Assembly (NCBI RefSeq): GCF_006345805.1
Contig: NC_043005.1
Location: 17,422,001-17,486,000, forward strand
Length of the DNA: 64,000 nt
Source: Octopus sinensis
Taxonomy: Eukaryota
Direction: 5' to 3'
Below the pieces are notes generated by a model. It saw only the letters and a list, made by a program, of their open reading frames with translations, did not search any database and was not told the origin of the DNA. Positions within the stretch are counted from its first letter, which is position 1; each line of letters begins with the position of its first letter. This document shows, piece after piece, positions 1-10,741 of this stretch. The position numbers and the translations under genes were made by a program.

Positions 1-698
1 CTTTATCGTTGTTATTAATTATAAAGTCAAAGCGGTTCTGAGGATGAAAGATGACTACATGCGAAGAATGCACGATGCCAAGAGAGTCACTTTTGGTAAG
101 ACTTTTGGACAATAAAAGAGCTCGGGATCATTAATTTCATTATTAGAGAGGTTAATTTAGAGATTAATAAAGGTGAACTTAATAGTTCGAAAAAAAATAT
201 GATCTAGTACTGTAAAACTCCCTGAAAATGGCCCTTTAACTCTGAATGTCTCGGTTCAACAAATTTCAGGAAAGAGATCTTGGATCTTCAAGGGACATTC
301 CAAATAAAATGAAAACTTCGGAAAAATATTTCAATAGGAACCTCGGTATAAGGTGTTTGACATGTTTGAAATAGCAGTCAAATTTCCGCATGTAACACCT
401 CTGTTCCCGTCTTAGAAATGCAGAACACGTCGAGTAGTATGCTCATTAGTACATTGTGGTTAGGAAAAGGTGTTATGGAACGGCTGAATTGCGTTCGACT
501 ATAGAGTTACTTGATCGCAGCTGAGTTAGGGCTCAACAACTATAATTTGAATGATAAGCTCCTCTCAATATCTCGTCTCCTGGATTTCCAGAAACATTTT
601 TCTCACTCCATATTCCCTTTCTTCGATGGAATAGTTGTGGACTTGGTAGACGCAAACTGAAAGAAGCCATCGTGTATAATATATACATACATTATATA

Positions 699-734
<36 letters not shown>

Positions 735-738
<4 letters not shown>

Positions 739-897
739 ATCCAAACAAGAAAGCACAAAAAACACAACAACGCGAGGACGTGGAACAAATAAAGTATTAT
801 TGGACGCTCAGGAAAGAAGGAGGGTTTAACGTTTCGAGCGGAGCTCTTCGTCGGAAACATAGGAGAAGGAAAGATCCAGAGAATGGAAGACAGAGGA

Positions 898-900
<3 letters not shown>
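735..900 (-). mobile_element. Solo Penelope-like-element (PLE) terminus, family A, between (TA)n tracts
   Basis: Carries a hammerhead-like motif. The downstream TTCCTGAGCG..AATA..T-rich layout parallels the family B terminus, which is physically attached to a GIY-YIG ORF at 17890-19160. Confidence 0.6.
824..858 (-). ncRNA. Minimal type I hammerhead-like motif, CCGACGA core
   Basis: GTTT-CCGACGA-A-GAG-CTCCG-CTC-GAAA-CG-TT-AAAC; helix I GTTT/AAAC, helix II GAG/CTC. Confidence 0.65.
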
Positions 901-949
<49 letters not shown>

Positions 950-984
950 TGTATGAATGCGTGTATGTATATTTTTATGTGTGT

Positions 985-1208
985 GTGCGTCTTCGTGTCA
1001 GTGTTCGTCCCCACACCATCACCGCTTGACAACCGGTGTTGGTGTGTTTACATTCCCCCTAACTTAGCTATTCGGCAAAAGAGGCCGACAGAATAAGTAC
1101 TAGGCTTTAAAGAATAAGTCCTGGAGACGATTTGTTCGACTAAAAAAAAGCCCTCCAAGGCGGTGCTCCAGCATAGCCGCAGTCAAATAGCTGAAACAAG
1201 AAAAAAAC
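985..1208 (+). mobile_element. SINE family A, 3' half
   Basis: CATCACCGCTTGACAACCG...GGCGGTGCTCCAGCATAGCCGCAGTCAAAT matches the full copy at 6523-6930. Confidence 0.8.
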
Positions 1209-1437
1209 ATATACGCACACATCATGATAGCTTGTTTCGTCGTCCTATTTAACCCTTCAACATTCCGATAATGCTTGTTCATTAACATTACTTTTATCTT
1301 ATTATATATTATTATCTTGTAGCTTTGAGATTTCGATGATGTGATTGTATGTTTTCAGAATGGCGTTTTAGGGTAGGTGTGAAAAGCCAGATCTGACAAG
1401 TCTGAACGTAAAACAGGTAAAATATATGGCAGATTTA

Positions 1438-1507
1438 AGGCGGCGAGCTGGCAGAAATGTTAGCACGCCGGGCGAAATGCTTAGACGGAAACTGAAAGAA
1501 GCCGTCG
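1438..1507 (+). mobile_element. Chimeric SINE: family C head joined to family A middle
   Basis: GGCGGCGAGCTGGCAGAAATGTTAGCACGCCGGGCGAAATGCTTAG followed directly by ACGGAAACTGAAAGAAGCCGTCG. Confidence 0.7.
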
Positions 1508-1520
1508 TTTATATATATAT

Positions 1521-1583
<63 letters not shown>

Positions 1584-1589
1584 GTATGT

Positions 1590-1778
1590 ATATATATATA
1601 GGGGAGAATTCACAAAAACAAAAGACGAAGACAGGTCGTGTAGACAACAAACAGATGTATTAGTATAACACTCGGAAAGTGAAAAAGTCTTTAACGTTTC
1701 GAGCCTATGCTCTTCCACAGAAAGGAACACAGAAAGAAACAAGGAGAGAAAATAAGAATGTGTAGTGGCTAGTGATTT
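1590..1778 (-). mobile_element. Solo PLE terminus, family B
   Basis: Reverse complement matches 18975-19160, 3985-4172 and 57805-57978. Confidence 0.75.
1689..1724 (-). ncRNA. Minimal hammerhead-like motif, CUGUGGA core
   Basis: CTTT-CTGTGGA-A-GAG-CATAGG-CTC-GAAA-CG-TT-AAAG. Confidence 0.6.
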
Positions 1779-1779
1779 G

Positions 1780-1980
1780 TGTGTTTGTGTTTGTCCTCCC
1801 GCACCATCGCTTGACAACCGATGTTGGTTTGTTAACGCCCCGTAACTTAGCGGTTCGCCAAACCGACCAATAGGTAAGTACTAAGCTTACAAAGAATAAG
1901 TCATGGGGTCGATTTGTTCGAATAAAGGCGATGCACCAGCATGGCCACAGTCAAATGACTGAAACAAATAAAAGAATAAT
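1780..1980 (+). mobile_element. SINE family A, 3' half
   Basis: Same body and CCAGCATGGCCACAGTCAAATGACTGAAAC tail as the other copies. Confidence 0.8.
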
Positions 1981-2142
1981 GGAATTATAAAATCCGGAAG
2001 AGTTTTGATTTAATAGTATCGATAAAGTTACGGATAAAATGCTTCTTATTTTCCTTCTTTTTTCAGTTTTTAGTTGCGGCCATGCTGGGGCAGCCACCTT
2101 GAAGGGTTTAGTCGAACAAATTCACCTTACTACTCCATTCTT

Positions 2143-2143
<1 letters not shown>

Positions 2144-2209
<66 letters not shown>

Positions 2210-2260
2210 GAAGGAAGAAAGGGAGTAACGAAGGAAGAAAGAAAGAAAGAAAGAAAGGAA

Positions 2261-2293
<33 letters not shown>

Positions 2294-2312
2294 TAAGAAA
2301 GGGAAGAACGAA

Positions 2313-2368
<56 letters not shown>

Positions 2369-2471
2369 GAAGGAAGGAAGAAAGGGAGTAACGAAGGAAG
2401 AAAGAAAGAAAGAAAGAAAGAAAGGAAGGAAGAAAGAAAGAAAGAAAGAAAGTAAGAAAGGGAAGAACGAA

Positions 2472-2505
<34 letters not shown>

Positions 2506-2545
2506 AGAAAAAAAAGAAAGAAAGAAAGAAAGAAAGAAGAAAAAA

Positions 2546-2576
<31 letters not shown>

Positions 2577-2637
2577 GGGGAACGAAGGAAGAAAGAAAGA
2601 AAGGAAGCAAGAAAGAAAGAAAGAAAGAAAGAAAGAA
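2144..2637 (+). repeat. (GAAA)n microsatellite with ~160-bp higher-order repeat
   Basis: The interruptions GGGAGTAACG (2221, 2385) and GTAAGAAAGGGAAGAACG (2292, 2452) recur periodically. Confidence 0.95.
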
Positions 2638-2718
2638 GCCGTGTACACAATCTACCAGTCTCTTACCGAAACAAACAGGCTGTCAAGCGGTGGGCGTGGA
2701 CACACACACACACACACA

Positions 2719-2760
<42 letters not shown>

Positions 2761-2987
2761 TACATACACATACTGTACCGGAAATACAGTATTTCCTTAA
2801 TTCACTTTGAATTTAGCTAATTTTTGGATCGCCTTGAAAACGTATTAACATGTATTTTCGGAAATATTAATTTCAATGATATTTTCTATATCTGAATATC
2901 TTGATACAAGAGAAACAATCGCCGGTTTCATATCGTGAATTATAGTTGATTTTCTATATACGTATTTTTGTTGCCTAATACTGGATG

Positions 2988-3357
2988 GGAAGCACTCCGT
3001 CGGTTACGACGACGAGGGTTCCGGTTGATCCGAATCAACGGAACAGCCTGCTCGTGAAATTAACGTGTAAGTGGCTGAGCACTCCACAGACACGTGTACC
3101 CTTAACGTAGTTCTCGGGGATATTCAGCGTGACACAGAGAGAGTGACAAGGCCGGCCCTTTGAAATACAGGTACAACAGAAACAGAGAGTAAGAGTGAGA
3201 GAAAGTTGTAGTGAAAGAGTACAGCAGGGATCACCACCATCCCCTGCCGGAGCCTGTTTTCGCTCAATAAACATTCACAACGCCCGGCCTGGGAATCGAA
3301 ACCGCGATCCTATGACCGCGAGTCCGCTGCCCTAGCCACTGGGCCATTGCGCCTCCA
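2988..3357 (-). mobile_element. tRNA-derived SINE family B (tRNA-Arg-like head)
   Basis: Head GGAGGCGCAATGGCCCAGTGGCTAGGGCAGCGGACTCGCGGTCATAGGATCGCGGTTTCGATTCCCAGG has A/B-box-like motifs. Near-identical to 29999-30381, 32033-32416 and 41643-42006. Confidence 0.85.
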
Positions 3358-3558
3358 CTGCCTAATACTACGAATTACTTGAAATTCTTCTAAATGATAT
3401 TTGAACCTACGCATCATACAGGAGGAATTATCTTGACTGTGTATTCTACTTGCATTTATTGGTACCTAATTGTTGGGATAGTTAACCAAAGAATGCTTTA
3501 CTGATATCTGCCTGGATTTTTTAATTCCTTGTCATATATATATATATATATATATATA

Positions 3559-3948
3559 TCTTTATATATAAAAGTGAAGTTGTGTGTCTGTCTCCTACGA
3601 TTTAGATTCCTAACTACTCCCACATTTTCCGGTGCAGTTTAACCAAAACCGGGTATCTTATAGTCGTGATTCATATCGAGCCCTTCTGAGTATTAGCGTC
3701 TACGATGAGTCTACGATTTAAAAAAACATTTACCATCATTTCTCCCCATTTTTAATGCATTTTTGCTATTATATAAGGGAAGTAACTCTATAAAAATGTA
3801 TTATTAAATCTCAGAACGTAAAAAGCTACAGTAACACCCCCGCCTTGTGGTTAGCCATATTGAGATGGCTATTATACTTTACATCTCTAAAAATGCTTAT
3901 ATAGTTATTTCCCTTACAAACCCGAGCAACGCCGGGCGATACTGCCAG
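3559..3948 (+). mobile_element. Non-autonomous Helitron
   Basis: A|TC 5' end; 3' hairpin CCCG-AGCAACGC-CGGG followed by CCAG|T (variant of CTAG). Second copy at 50296-50699. Confidence 0.8.
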
Positions 3949-3984
3949 TATATATATATAAGTCACCATGATAGTCGCCATGAT

Positions 3985-4172
3985 AGATCGGTAGCCACTA
4001 CACACATTTTTTGGTCTCTCCTTGTTTCTTTCTGTGTTCCTTTCTGTAGAAGAGCGTAAGCTCGAAACGTTAAAGACTTTTTCTATTCATGAGCGTTATA
4101 CTAATACATCTGTTTGTTTTCTACGCCACCTGTCTTCGTCTTTTGTTTTTTTCGTGAATTCTCCCTCTATAT
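3985..4172 (+). mobile_element. Solo PLE terminus, family B
   Basis: Matches the 3' end of the PLE at 18975-19160. Confidence 0.75.
4040..4075 (+). ncRNA. Minimal hammerhead-like motif, CUGUAGA core
   Basis: CTTT-CTGTAGA-A-GAG-CGTAAG-CTC-GAAA-CG-TT-AAAG. Confidence 0.6.
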
Positions 4173-5088
4173 ATATGTGTGTGTATATATATATATATTA
4201 TTTTATTTTATTAAACTTTTTTTGATGTCCTTCCAAAAATTCTTCACACTGATTTGAATGACAATGCATAAATTTAAATATAATTACTATGATTATAATT
4301 TTTTCTTACATATTTGTATTGTCTTTTGAAACGTGCGTATGTATTGAATCTAATTTTGCAGTAAATCTAATAATGATTCAACATCTTTTCCTCCTCCATT
4401 TTTATATACTTTTTTTCACATCCACATCTTTACCATATGGGGCCCTAACAAAATCCGATAATAGATATAAATGCAAATCTATCTATTTGCTAGTCTCCTA
4501 AGATCAGGCATAACTTGGCAATCGGTCGACTTACAACACCGTTCTTTGTCTTGAGTTAACTTGACAACAAGGTCACAAGGTGAGCTCTGATTGGCTGTAT
4601 GCAAATGAGTTCATAGTGGAGTCCAGAACTCACACAGGGAAAAAAAATTCGCAGCCAGGAACGATAATAGAAGATACTTGCTCAAGGAACTGAACACGAA
4701 ACTGTGTAGTTGCAAAGAGAGATTAACCACACAACTATGCCTCAACCTTTAATTTTCTAAGTTGATGAAAGTTGCTAAGATGATGAAATAAAGTACCAAT
4801 CGAGTACCAGAGTCAATAAATTTGATTACAGTCCTCTTTAAACATGTTGTTTTGGGCTTATGTAAAAACAAAAACAAAAAATGAAACTTCTTAAAACAAG
4901 AGAGCTGTGACAATATTTTCTAAATCATAGCTGCTAGTCTTAAATCTACAAAAGCCGCCCACTTCGCTGTTTCTAGGTTTGCGTTTATAAATTGTTTCAA
5001 AACAAACACAAAATCCTTTCTTTTCATTGTAGCGATGTCACAGCTGCGTCTCATCTTATCTCTTTATTTCTCTCTCTTCTCTCTCTCT

Positions 5089-5157
<69 letters not shown>

Positions 5158-5264
5158 TGCACGCACACACACACACATGCACGCACACACGCATGCACAC
5201 GCATGCACACACACACAAACACACCCTCATCTATATATCTCACTCTCTCCTCTTCTTCCTTTCA

Positions 5265-5295
<31 letters not shown>

Positions 5296-5510
5296 CACAA
5301 ATATATACATACATGTATATACCCAAACATGTATATACACACACACGCATCCATCTGTCCATCCATCCATCCATCCATACATACATACATACATACATAC
5401 ATACATACATACATAGAGAGAGAGTCCGATGGTAGCTTAGCTGGCCGAAACTTCGAAGTCCCTCTCAATACGATTCTCGTTACAAGAATAGTAAATTTAT
5501 ACTCTACAAA

Positions 5511-5740
5511 AGCGTGGCTCAGTAGTTAGGGTGTTAAACTCCTGGTCGTGATATTGAGGGTTTCGATTCCTGGACCGAGCGATGCATTGTGTTCTTGAGC
5601 AAAATTCATCATTTCACGTTGCTCCACTCCACTCCACTCAGCTGGTAAAAATGAGTAAACCTGCAAGGGACTAGCGCCCCGTCCAGGTGGAGAGTAAATA
5701 CACCAGGGAAACCTATATGACTCGGGGAAGGAACTTTATT
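5511..5740 (+). mobile_element. tRNA-derived CORE-like SINE (family D)
   Basis: Head GCGTGGCTCAGTAGTTAGG...GGTTTCGATTCC, then TGTGTTCTTGAGCAAAA..TTTCACGTTGCTCCA..GGTAAAAATGAGT, which resembles the CORE domain. Related copy at 37401. Confidence 0.65.
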
Positions 5741-5775
5741 TTTTTCGCTTTTACTCTACAAAATTATGAAGTAAA

Positions 5776-5879
5776 CCACGGGTATATGTCGTAGTGGTTA
5801 AGAGCGCGGGCTATTAACCCCAAGATTCCGAGTTCGATTCCAGGCAGAGACGTGAACAATAATAATGATAATAATAATA

Positions 5880-5933
<54 letters not shown>

Positions 5934-6090
5934 CATCGAAGAATACCTTAGGAATGAGAACCCAGGTTCGAAATTTCCCCAAGACACCTGAAGAAGGCTG
6001 AAGGGTATATCAGCTGAAACGTTGTTTTAACAACAAACAAGATGAGGACAAATATCCGTCGAATGTAAATAATGTAAATAATGTAAATAA
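5776..6090 (+). mobile_element. tRNA-headed SINE-like element with internal (AAT)n, hammerhead-bearing tail and (AATGTAAAT)3 end
   Basis: A box TAGTGGTTAAG (5792-5802), B box GAGTTCGATTCC (5830-5841), (AAT)n 5857-5930, hammerhead 5983-6028, terminal tandem repeat 6061-6090. Confidence 0.65.
5983..6028 (+). ncRNA. Type I hammerhead ribozyme motif, canonical CUGAAGA core
   Basis: GACAC-CTGAAGA-A-GGCTGA-AGGGTATA-TCAGCT-GAAA-CG-TT-GTTTT; 6-bp helix II, helix I 4 of 5 pairs. Confidence 0.75.
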
Positions 6091-6117
6091 TTGTTTTTAC
6101 CATAACTGAACGCCGGG

Positions 6118-6165
6118 CAGTAATCCCTCGCCATATCGCCGTTCACCCACTGCGGTTTATTATTT
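6118..6165 (+). mobile_element. pogo/Tigger-like MITE left end
   Basis: CAGTAATCCCTCGCCATATCGC resembles the TIR at 7210. Confidence 0.45.
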
Positions 6166-6522
6166 AATAGATAAAGCGCCGCGGGCCACGATCGTGGGCG
6201 TTTGTTGGGGTCTGATATCACTCAAATGCTCCGATACCCTCCAGGATGCAAGAGGACTAATAGTTCAACTAATGACTTTTCAGATGATGTAAAACTTGCC
6301 ACTTTTATATACAAAGAAGATCTTTTAACTATTTTTTTTTTGTTTTTTATGTGTGCATGGTAGTCTCATTTTCATAAAATGCGCTCAGCAGTCTGTGCTG
6401 TATAAGTGCAAATCCCAGCCCTTTATGGGTTAAGCTTACGTAGATTTCTCCGTGGTGTTACTTTGCATTTCTAATAAAATAAAAATATAGAAATTATAAA
6501 AAATAATTTTAAAATATATATA

Positions 6523-6930
6523 GGCGCAGGAGTGGCTATAGGTGCAGGAGTGGCTGTGTGGTAAGTAGCTTGCTAACCAACCACATGGTTCCGGGTTCAG
6601 TCCCACTGCGTGGCATCTTGGGCAGGTGTCTTCTGCTATAGACCCGGGCCGACCAATGCCTTGTGAGTGGATTTGGTAGACGGAAACTGAAAGAAGCCTG
6701 TCGCATATATGTATATATATGTATGTGTGTCTGTGTTTGTCCCCCTAACATTGCTTGACAACCAATGCTGGTGTGTTTACGTCCCCGTCACTTAGCGGTT
6801 CGGCAAAAGAGACCAATAGAATAAGTACTGGGCTTACAAAAGAATAAGTCCCAGGGTCGAGTTGCTCGACTAAAGGCGGTGCTCCAGCATGGCCGCAGTC
6901 AAATGACTGAAACAAGTAAAAGAAAAAAAA
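6523..6930 (+). mobile_element. Full-length SINE family A (tRNA-like head, internal TA/TG microsatellite)
   Basis: GGCGCAGGAGTGGCTGTGTGGTAAG...GGGTTCAGTCCC head, CTTGGGCAGGTGTCTT CORE-like stretch, hairpin tail AGTC-AAAT-GACT; more than 15 copies or fragments in the window. Confidence 0.9.
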
Positions 6931-6942
6931 ATATATATATAT

Positions 6943-7030
6943 GCAGTACAGTTGTTTCTACTTCGCGGATTTTCACCTATCGCGGGAGGTTTTGGAATGT
7001 GACACTCGCGATAGTCGGTGGATTACTGTA
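6943..7030 (-). mobile_element. pogo/Tigger-like MITE right end
   Basis: Ends ...GGATTACTG|TA; reverse complement aligns over ~85 nt with 7210-7290. Confidence 0.6.
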
Positions 7031-7209
7031 CAGAAATTATAATATTAATCGGCACAGACGTGACAGTATGGTAAGAAGCTTACTTCCCAACCACGTAGCT
7101 CTAGGTTCAGTCCCACTGCATGGCATTTTCGGCAAGTGTTAAGATCACCTTTATAGATTTTCAGAGCACTAGTAACACGGTGGTACACGATATAAAAATG
7201 TTTAACTTA

Positions 7210-7394
7210 CAGTAATCCCTCGACTACCGCGGGTATTACGTTCCAAAACTCCTGCGATAAGTGAAAATCCGCGAAGCAGAAACAGTACTGTATGTTTTTT
7301 TATATATATTTATTTTATTATAAATGCAAAACAACACCGCACATTCGCCTCCCGAGTTTCGTTTTCCATACAGTATGTGCGATTCTTTGGTTAC
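7210..7394 (+). mobile_element. pogo/Tigger-like MITE left part, interrupted by a LINE
   Basis: TA|CAGTAATCCCTCGACTACCGCG terminus. Confidence 0.6.
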
Positions 7395-8757
7395 TCTCTT
7401 GGCGACGGGTGTTATACCTGCGGACAGGAGAACAGCGATAATCTGCCCAATTTTCAAGAAAGGGAGCCACGAAGACCCGCTTAACTACCGACCGGTTTCC
7501 CTTACATCAATAATCAGCAAGATGTTCGAAACCATCCTTAAGAAAAGTATGATGCTCCACCTCCTAAACACAGCCTCTATCTCTGATTCCCAACACGGCT
7601 TCGTGCCGAAGAGATCATGCTTGACCAACTTACTAGTAATGGAAGAATTGGTGACGCGCATCCTCGATGATAGTGATGCTGTTGACATCGTTTTATTGGA
7701 CTTTGCCAAAGCTTTTGACTCGGTAAACCACCGCCTATTACTTGTCAAGCTTCAAGCATATAGTTTCCATCCGGATATTATACGATGGGTTGGTGCCTTC
7801 CTCTCAGATCGCTCCTTCCAAGTCCAAGTTAATGGTTCGCGGTCCGACGTCTCCAGTGCGAGCAGTGGCGTGCCTCAAGGTTCAGTGCTTGGGCCCTTGT
7901 TGTTCTTAGTCTTCATAAATGACTTGCCCGACGACCTCACGCAACACACCCTTCTATTTGCCGACGATATCAAACTGGTCGCTCCTCGCGGTAATATAGA
8001 GGATCTTCGTCGATGCCTCCACCAAATTTGGAAGTGGTCTAACGATTGGGACCTGTGTCTGAACGTGTCAAAGTGCTGTCATCTGCCTGTCGGCTCTACT
8101 CCTGCAACTCAACTTGATTTCGAGCCGGGTCGTCTGCTGCTGGAGAGGACCGATCAGGTAAAGGACCTGGGTATCTTGGTGGATTCCTCCTTTTCGCCTT
8201 CGGCCCAGTGCGTCCATGCTGCCGATAAAGCACGCGGAATTCTGTTCTTGATTCGACGGTCATTCGGAATGCTCACAGCAGCCATATTCCTACCACTCTA
8301 TGTCACGCTGGTGAGACCCATATTGGAGTATGGGATTCAGGCCTCTTCTCCTTATCTCCTCAAAGACATACAGCATCTCGAAAGAGTCCAGAGGCTGGCT
8401 ACCCGCATGGTTCATGGTCTCAAAAATTTGTCCTACGAAGAAAGGCTGAGGACGCTCGACCTTTATTCTCTTGAAAAACGCCGCCGCCGTGGTGATCTCA
8501 TTTTCGCCCACAACATTATAAGCGGAAAGTGTAACCTCTCGAAAGAGCTGTTCTTCACTCCTGCTCCAGAGCGTCGGCTGCGGGGTCATTCCGAAAAGCT
8601 CTACCTGCGACGATTTCATCTCAATCGAAGGAGAGGAGCTTTCTCCGTCCGGGTTGCGGATCCGTGGAACAAGCTGCCAGACGAGATGGTGAAGATGCCG
8701 ACGACCGCTTTGTTCAAAGCCTCCCTGGACCTCAAGTGGCCTGAACTCTTTACATGA
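7324..8757 (+). CDS. LINE ORF2 reverse transcriptase and C-terminus (homology starts ~7395; the ATG is in host DNA)
   Basis: PIFKKG, YRPVSLTS, LDFAKAFDSV, GVPQGSVLGPLLF, FADD, LGILVD, ERVQRLATR, YEERL..L.LYSLEKRRRRGDLI, WNKLP motifs; no stops over 477 codons. Confidence 0.9.
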   Translation: MQNNTAHSPPEFRFPYSMCDSLVTLLATGVIPADRRTAIICPIFKKGSHEDPLNYRPVSLTSIISKMFETILKKSMMLHLLNTASISDSQHGFVPKRSCLTNLLVMEELVTRILDDSDAVDIVLLDFAKAFDSVNHRLLLVKLQAYSFHPDIIRWVGAFLSDRSFQVQVNGSRSDVSSASSGVPQGSVLGPLLFLVFINDLPDDLTQHTLLFADDIKLVAPRGNIEDLRRCLHQIWKWSNDWDLCLNVSKCCHLPVGSTPATQLDFEPGRLLLERTDQVKDLGILVDSSFSPSAQCVHAADKARGILFLIRRSFGMLTAAIFLPLYVTLVRPILEYGIQASSPYLLKDIQHLERVQRLATRMVHGLKNLSYEERLRTLDLYSLEKRRRRGDLIFAHNIISGKCNLSKELFFTPAPERRLRGHSEKLYLRRFHLNRRRGAFSVRVADPWNKLPDEMVKMPTTALFKASLDLKWPELFT

Positions 8758-8848
8758 ACACCACCCTGTACTTAACTCCATGTCCCCCTACATGGCCTTG
8801 CTATTTGCTTTTGAGCCAAATTAACTAACTAACTAACTCACTAACTAC
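7395..8848 (+). mobile_element. 5'-truncated CR1-like LINE with (TAAC)n tail
   Basis: Open RT frame, short 3' UTR, TTAACTAACTAACTAAC tail; a second 3' fragment lies at 59652-59868. Confidence 0.9.
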
Positions 8849-8914
8849 GGTATTTTCTTTTAATATATATATATATTATATATATATATATAATATATAT
8901 ATATATATCTTTTT

Positions 8915-9285
8915 CTTTCACTACTCTAGGCACAAGGCCCGACATTTTGGGGGGAAGAGGGCCAGTCGATTAAATCGACCCAATACGCAACAATGACAGG
9001 CAAAGTCGACCTCGGCGAAATTTGAACTCAGAACGTAAAGACGGACGAAATACCGCTAACGATTCTGCCAGCACGCCGCCATTCTTATTTCTTTATTGCC
9101 CACAAGGGCCTAAACATAGAGGGGACAAACAAGGACAGATAAAGGGATTAAGTCGGTTACATCAACGCCAGTGCGTAACTGGTACATAATTTATCGACCC
9201 CGAAAGGATGAAAGGCAAAGTCGACCTCGGCGGAATTTGAACTCAGAACGTAAAGACGGACGAATTACCGCTAAGCATTTCGCTC
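8915..9285 (-). mobile_element. SINE family C, two adjacent fragments
   Basis: GTCGACCTCGGCGGAATTTGAACTCAGAACGTAAAGACGGACGAA..CCGCTAAGCATTTCG shared with the arrays. Confidence 0.8.
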
Positions 9286-9750
9286 ACACACTCTCTCTCT
9301 CTCTCACACACACACACTCACACACACACACACACACACATATTAGTTTGGTGCATAATTATTGCGGGTTTTTTTTCAACAAATTATATTCAAGAAAAAC
9401 AATAACAATATTTAACAAAAACATCTTTAAATGACGGTCTGACCGTCTGCCAAGCAAATGGGAAGCAGAAATTGAAGTGGATAGTGAATATGCTCCGGAA
9501 TAATCATATAAAGATGTTTTGTAACGTGTTGTTATAGTTTTTGTTGAATAAAATTTGTTGAAAAAAAGCCGCAATAATTATGCACCAACCCAATATATAT
9601 ATTTGTGTGTGTGTGTGTGTGTGTGTATTTGTGTGTGTGTGTGTGAGTGTGTGAGGGTGAGTGTATTTGTGAGTGTCTCTGTGTGTGAGTGAGTGTGCGT
9701 GTGTGTGTAATTTTAAGCGAAACTAGGGCAGTGAGTCACATATATGTATG

Positions 9751-9814
<64 letters not shown>

Positions 9815-9834
9815 CATATATATACATACATACG

Positions 9835-9890
<56 letters not shown>

Positions 9891-9901
9891 GAGAGATAGA
9901 G

Positions 9902-9967
<66 letters not shown>

Positions 9968-10136
9968 GTATGCGCGCGCGTGTGTGTGTTTAAAAGAGTG
10001 AGTAGTGATGGGTTTTTTTGATTGGATAATTTTTAATATTAAGCTTAAAATAAAAGTTATCCCCTCAAAAAACCCATCATTACTCATTCTTTCAAATATA
10101 TATAATACTGTACCAAGACCTTTCCCTTTACTATGT

Positions 10137-10167
<31 letters not shown>

Positions 10168-10310
10168 GATACGAGAGATTTTCCCCACGGTCACTCAAAC
10201 TAATAGGTGTGCCCTCTGAGTGCCCAGATTGGTGTGTCACCAAAATTCCGGTTTGAACTAGAGAAGTGTTGCCAAACTGTTTGCCATACCTGTTTTGTTT
10301 GAATTAACAT

Positions 10311-10599
10311 ATGTGTGTGTATGTATGTATGTATATATGTATGTATGTATGTATGTACGTACGTATGTATGTATGTATGTATGTATGTATGTATGTACGT
10401 ATGTATGTATGTATGTATGTACGTATGTATGTATGTATGTATGTATGTATGTACGTATGTATGTATGTATGTATGTATGTATGTACGTATATATGTATGT
10501 ATGTATGTATGTATGTACGTATGTATGTATGTATGTATGTATGTATGTACGTATGTATGTATGTATGTACGTATGTATGTATGTATGTATGTATGTACG

Positions 10600-10632
<33 letters not shown>

Positions 10633-10707
10633 GTGTATGTATGTATGTACGTATGTATGTATGTATGTATGTACGTATGTATGTATGTATGTATGTATGT
10701 ATGTACG

Positions 10708-10741
<34 letters not shown>

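Noticed and set aside
30-80. Isolated CTGANGA heptamers (37, 26348, 28105, 41575, 50882, 57508, 62277)
   Set aside because: No convincing helix II plus GAAA plus NUH arrangement; expected by chance.
5776-5852. Functional tRNA genes (also the heads of SINE A-D)
   Set aside because: Acceptor stems do not close, and the heads continue into repeat bodies; treated as SINE heads.
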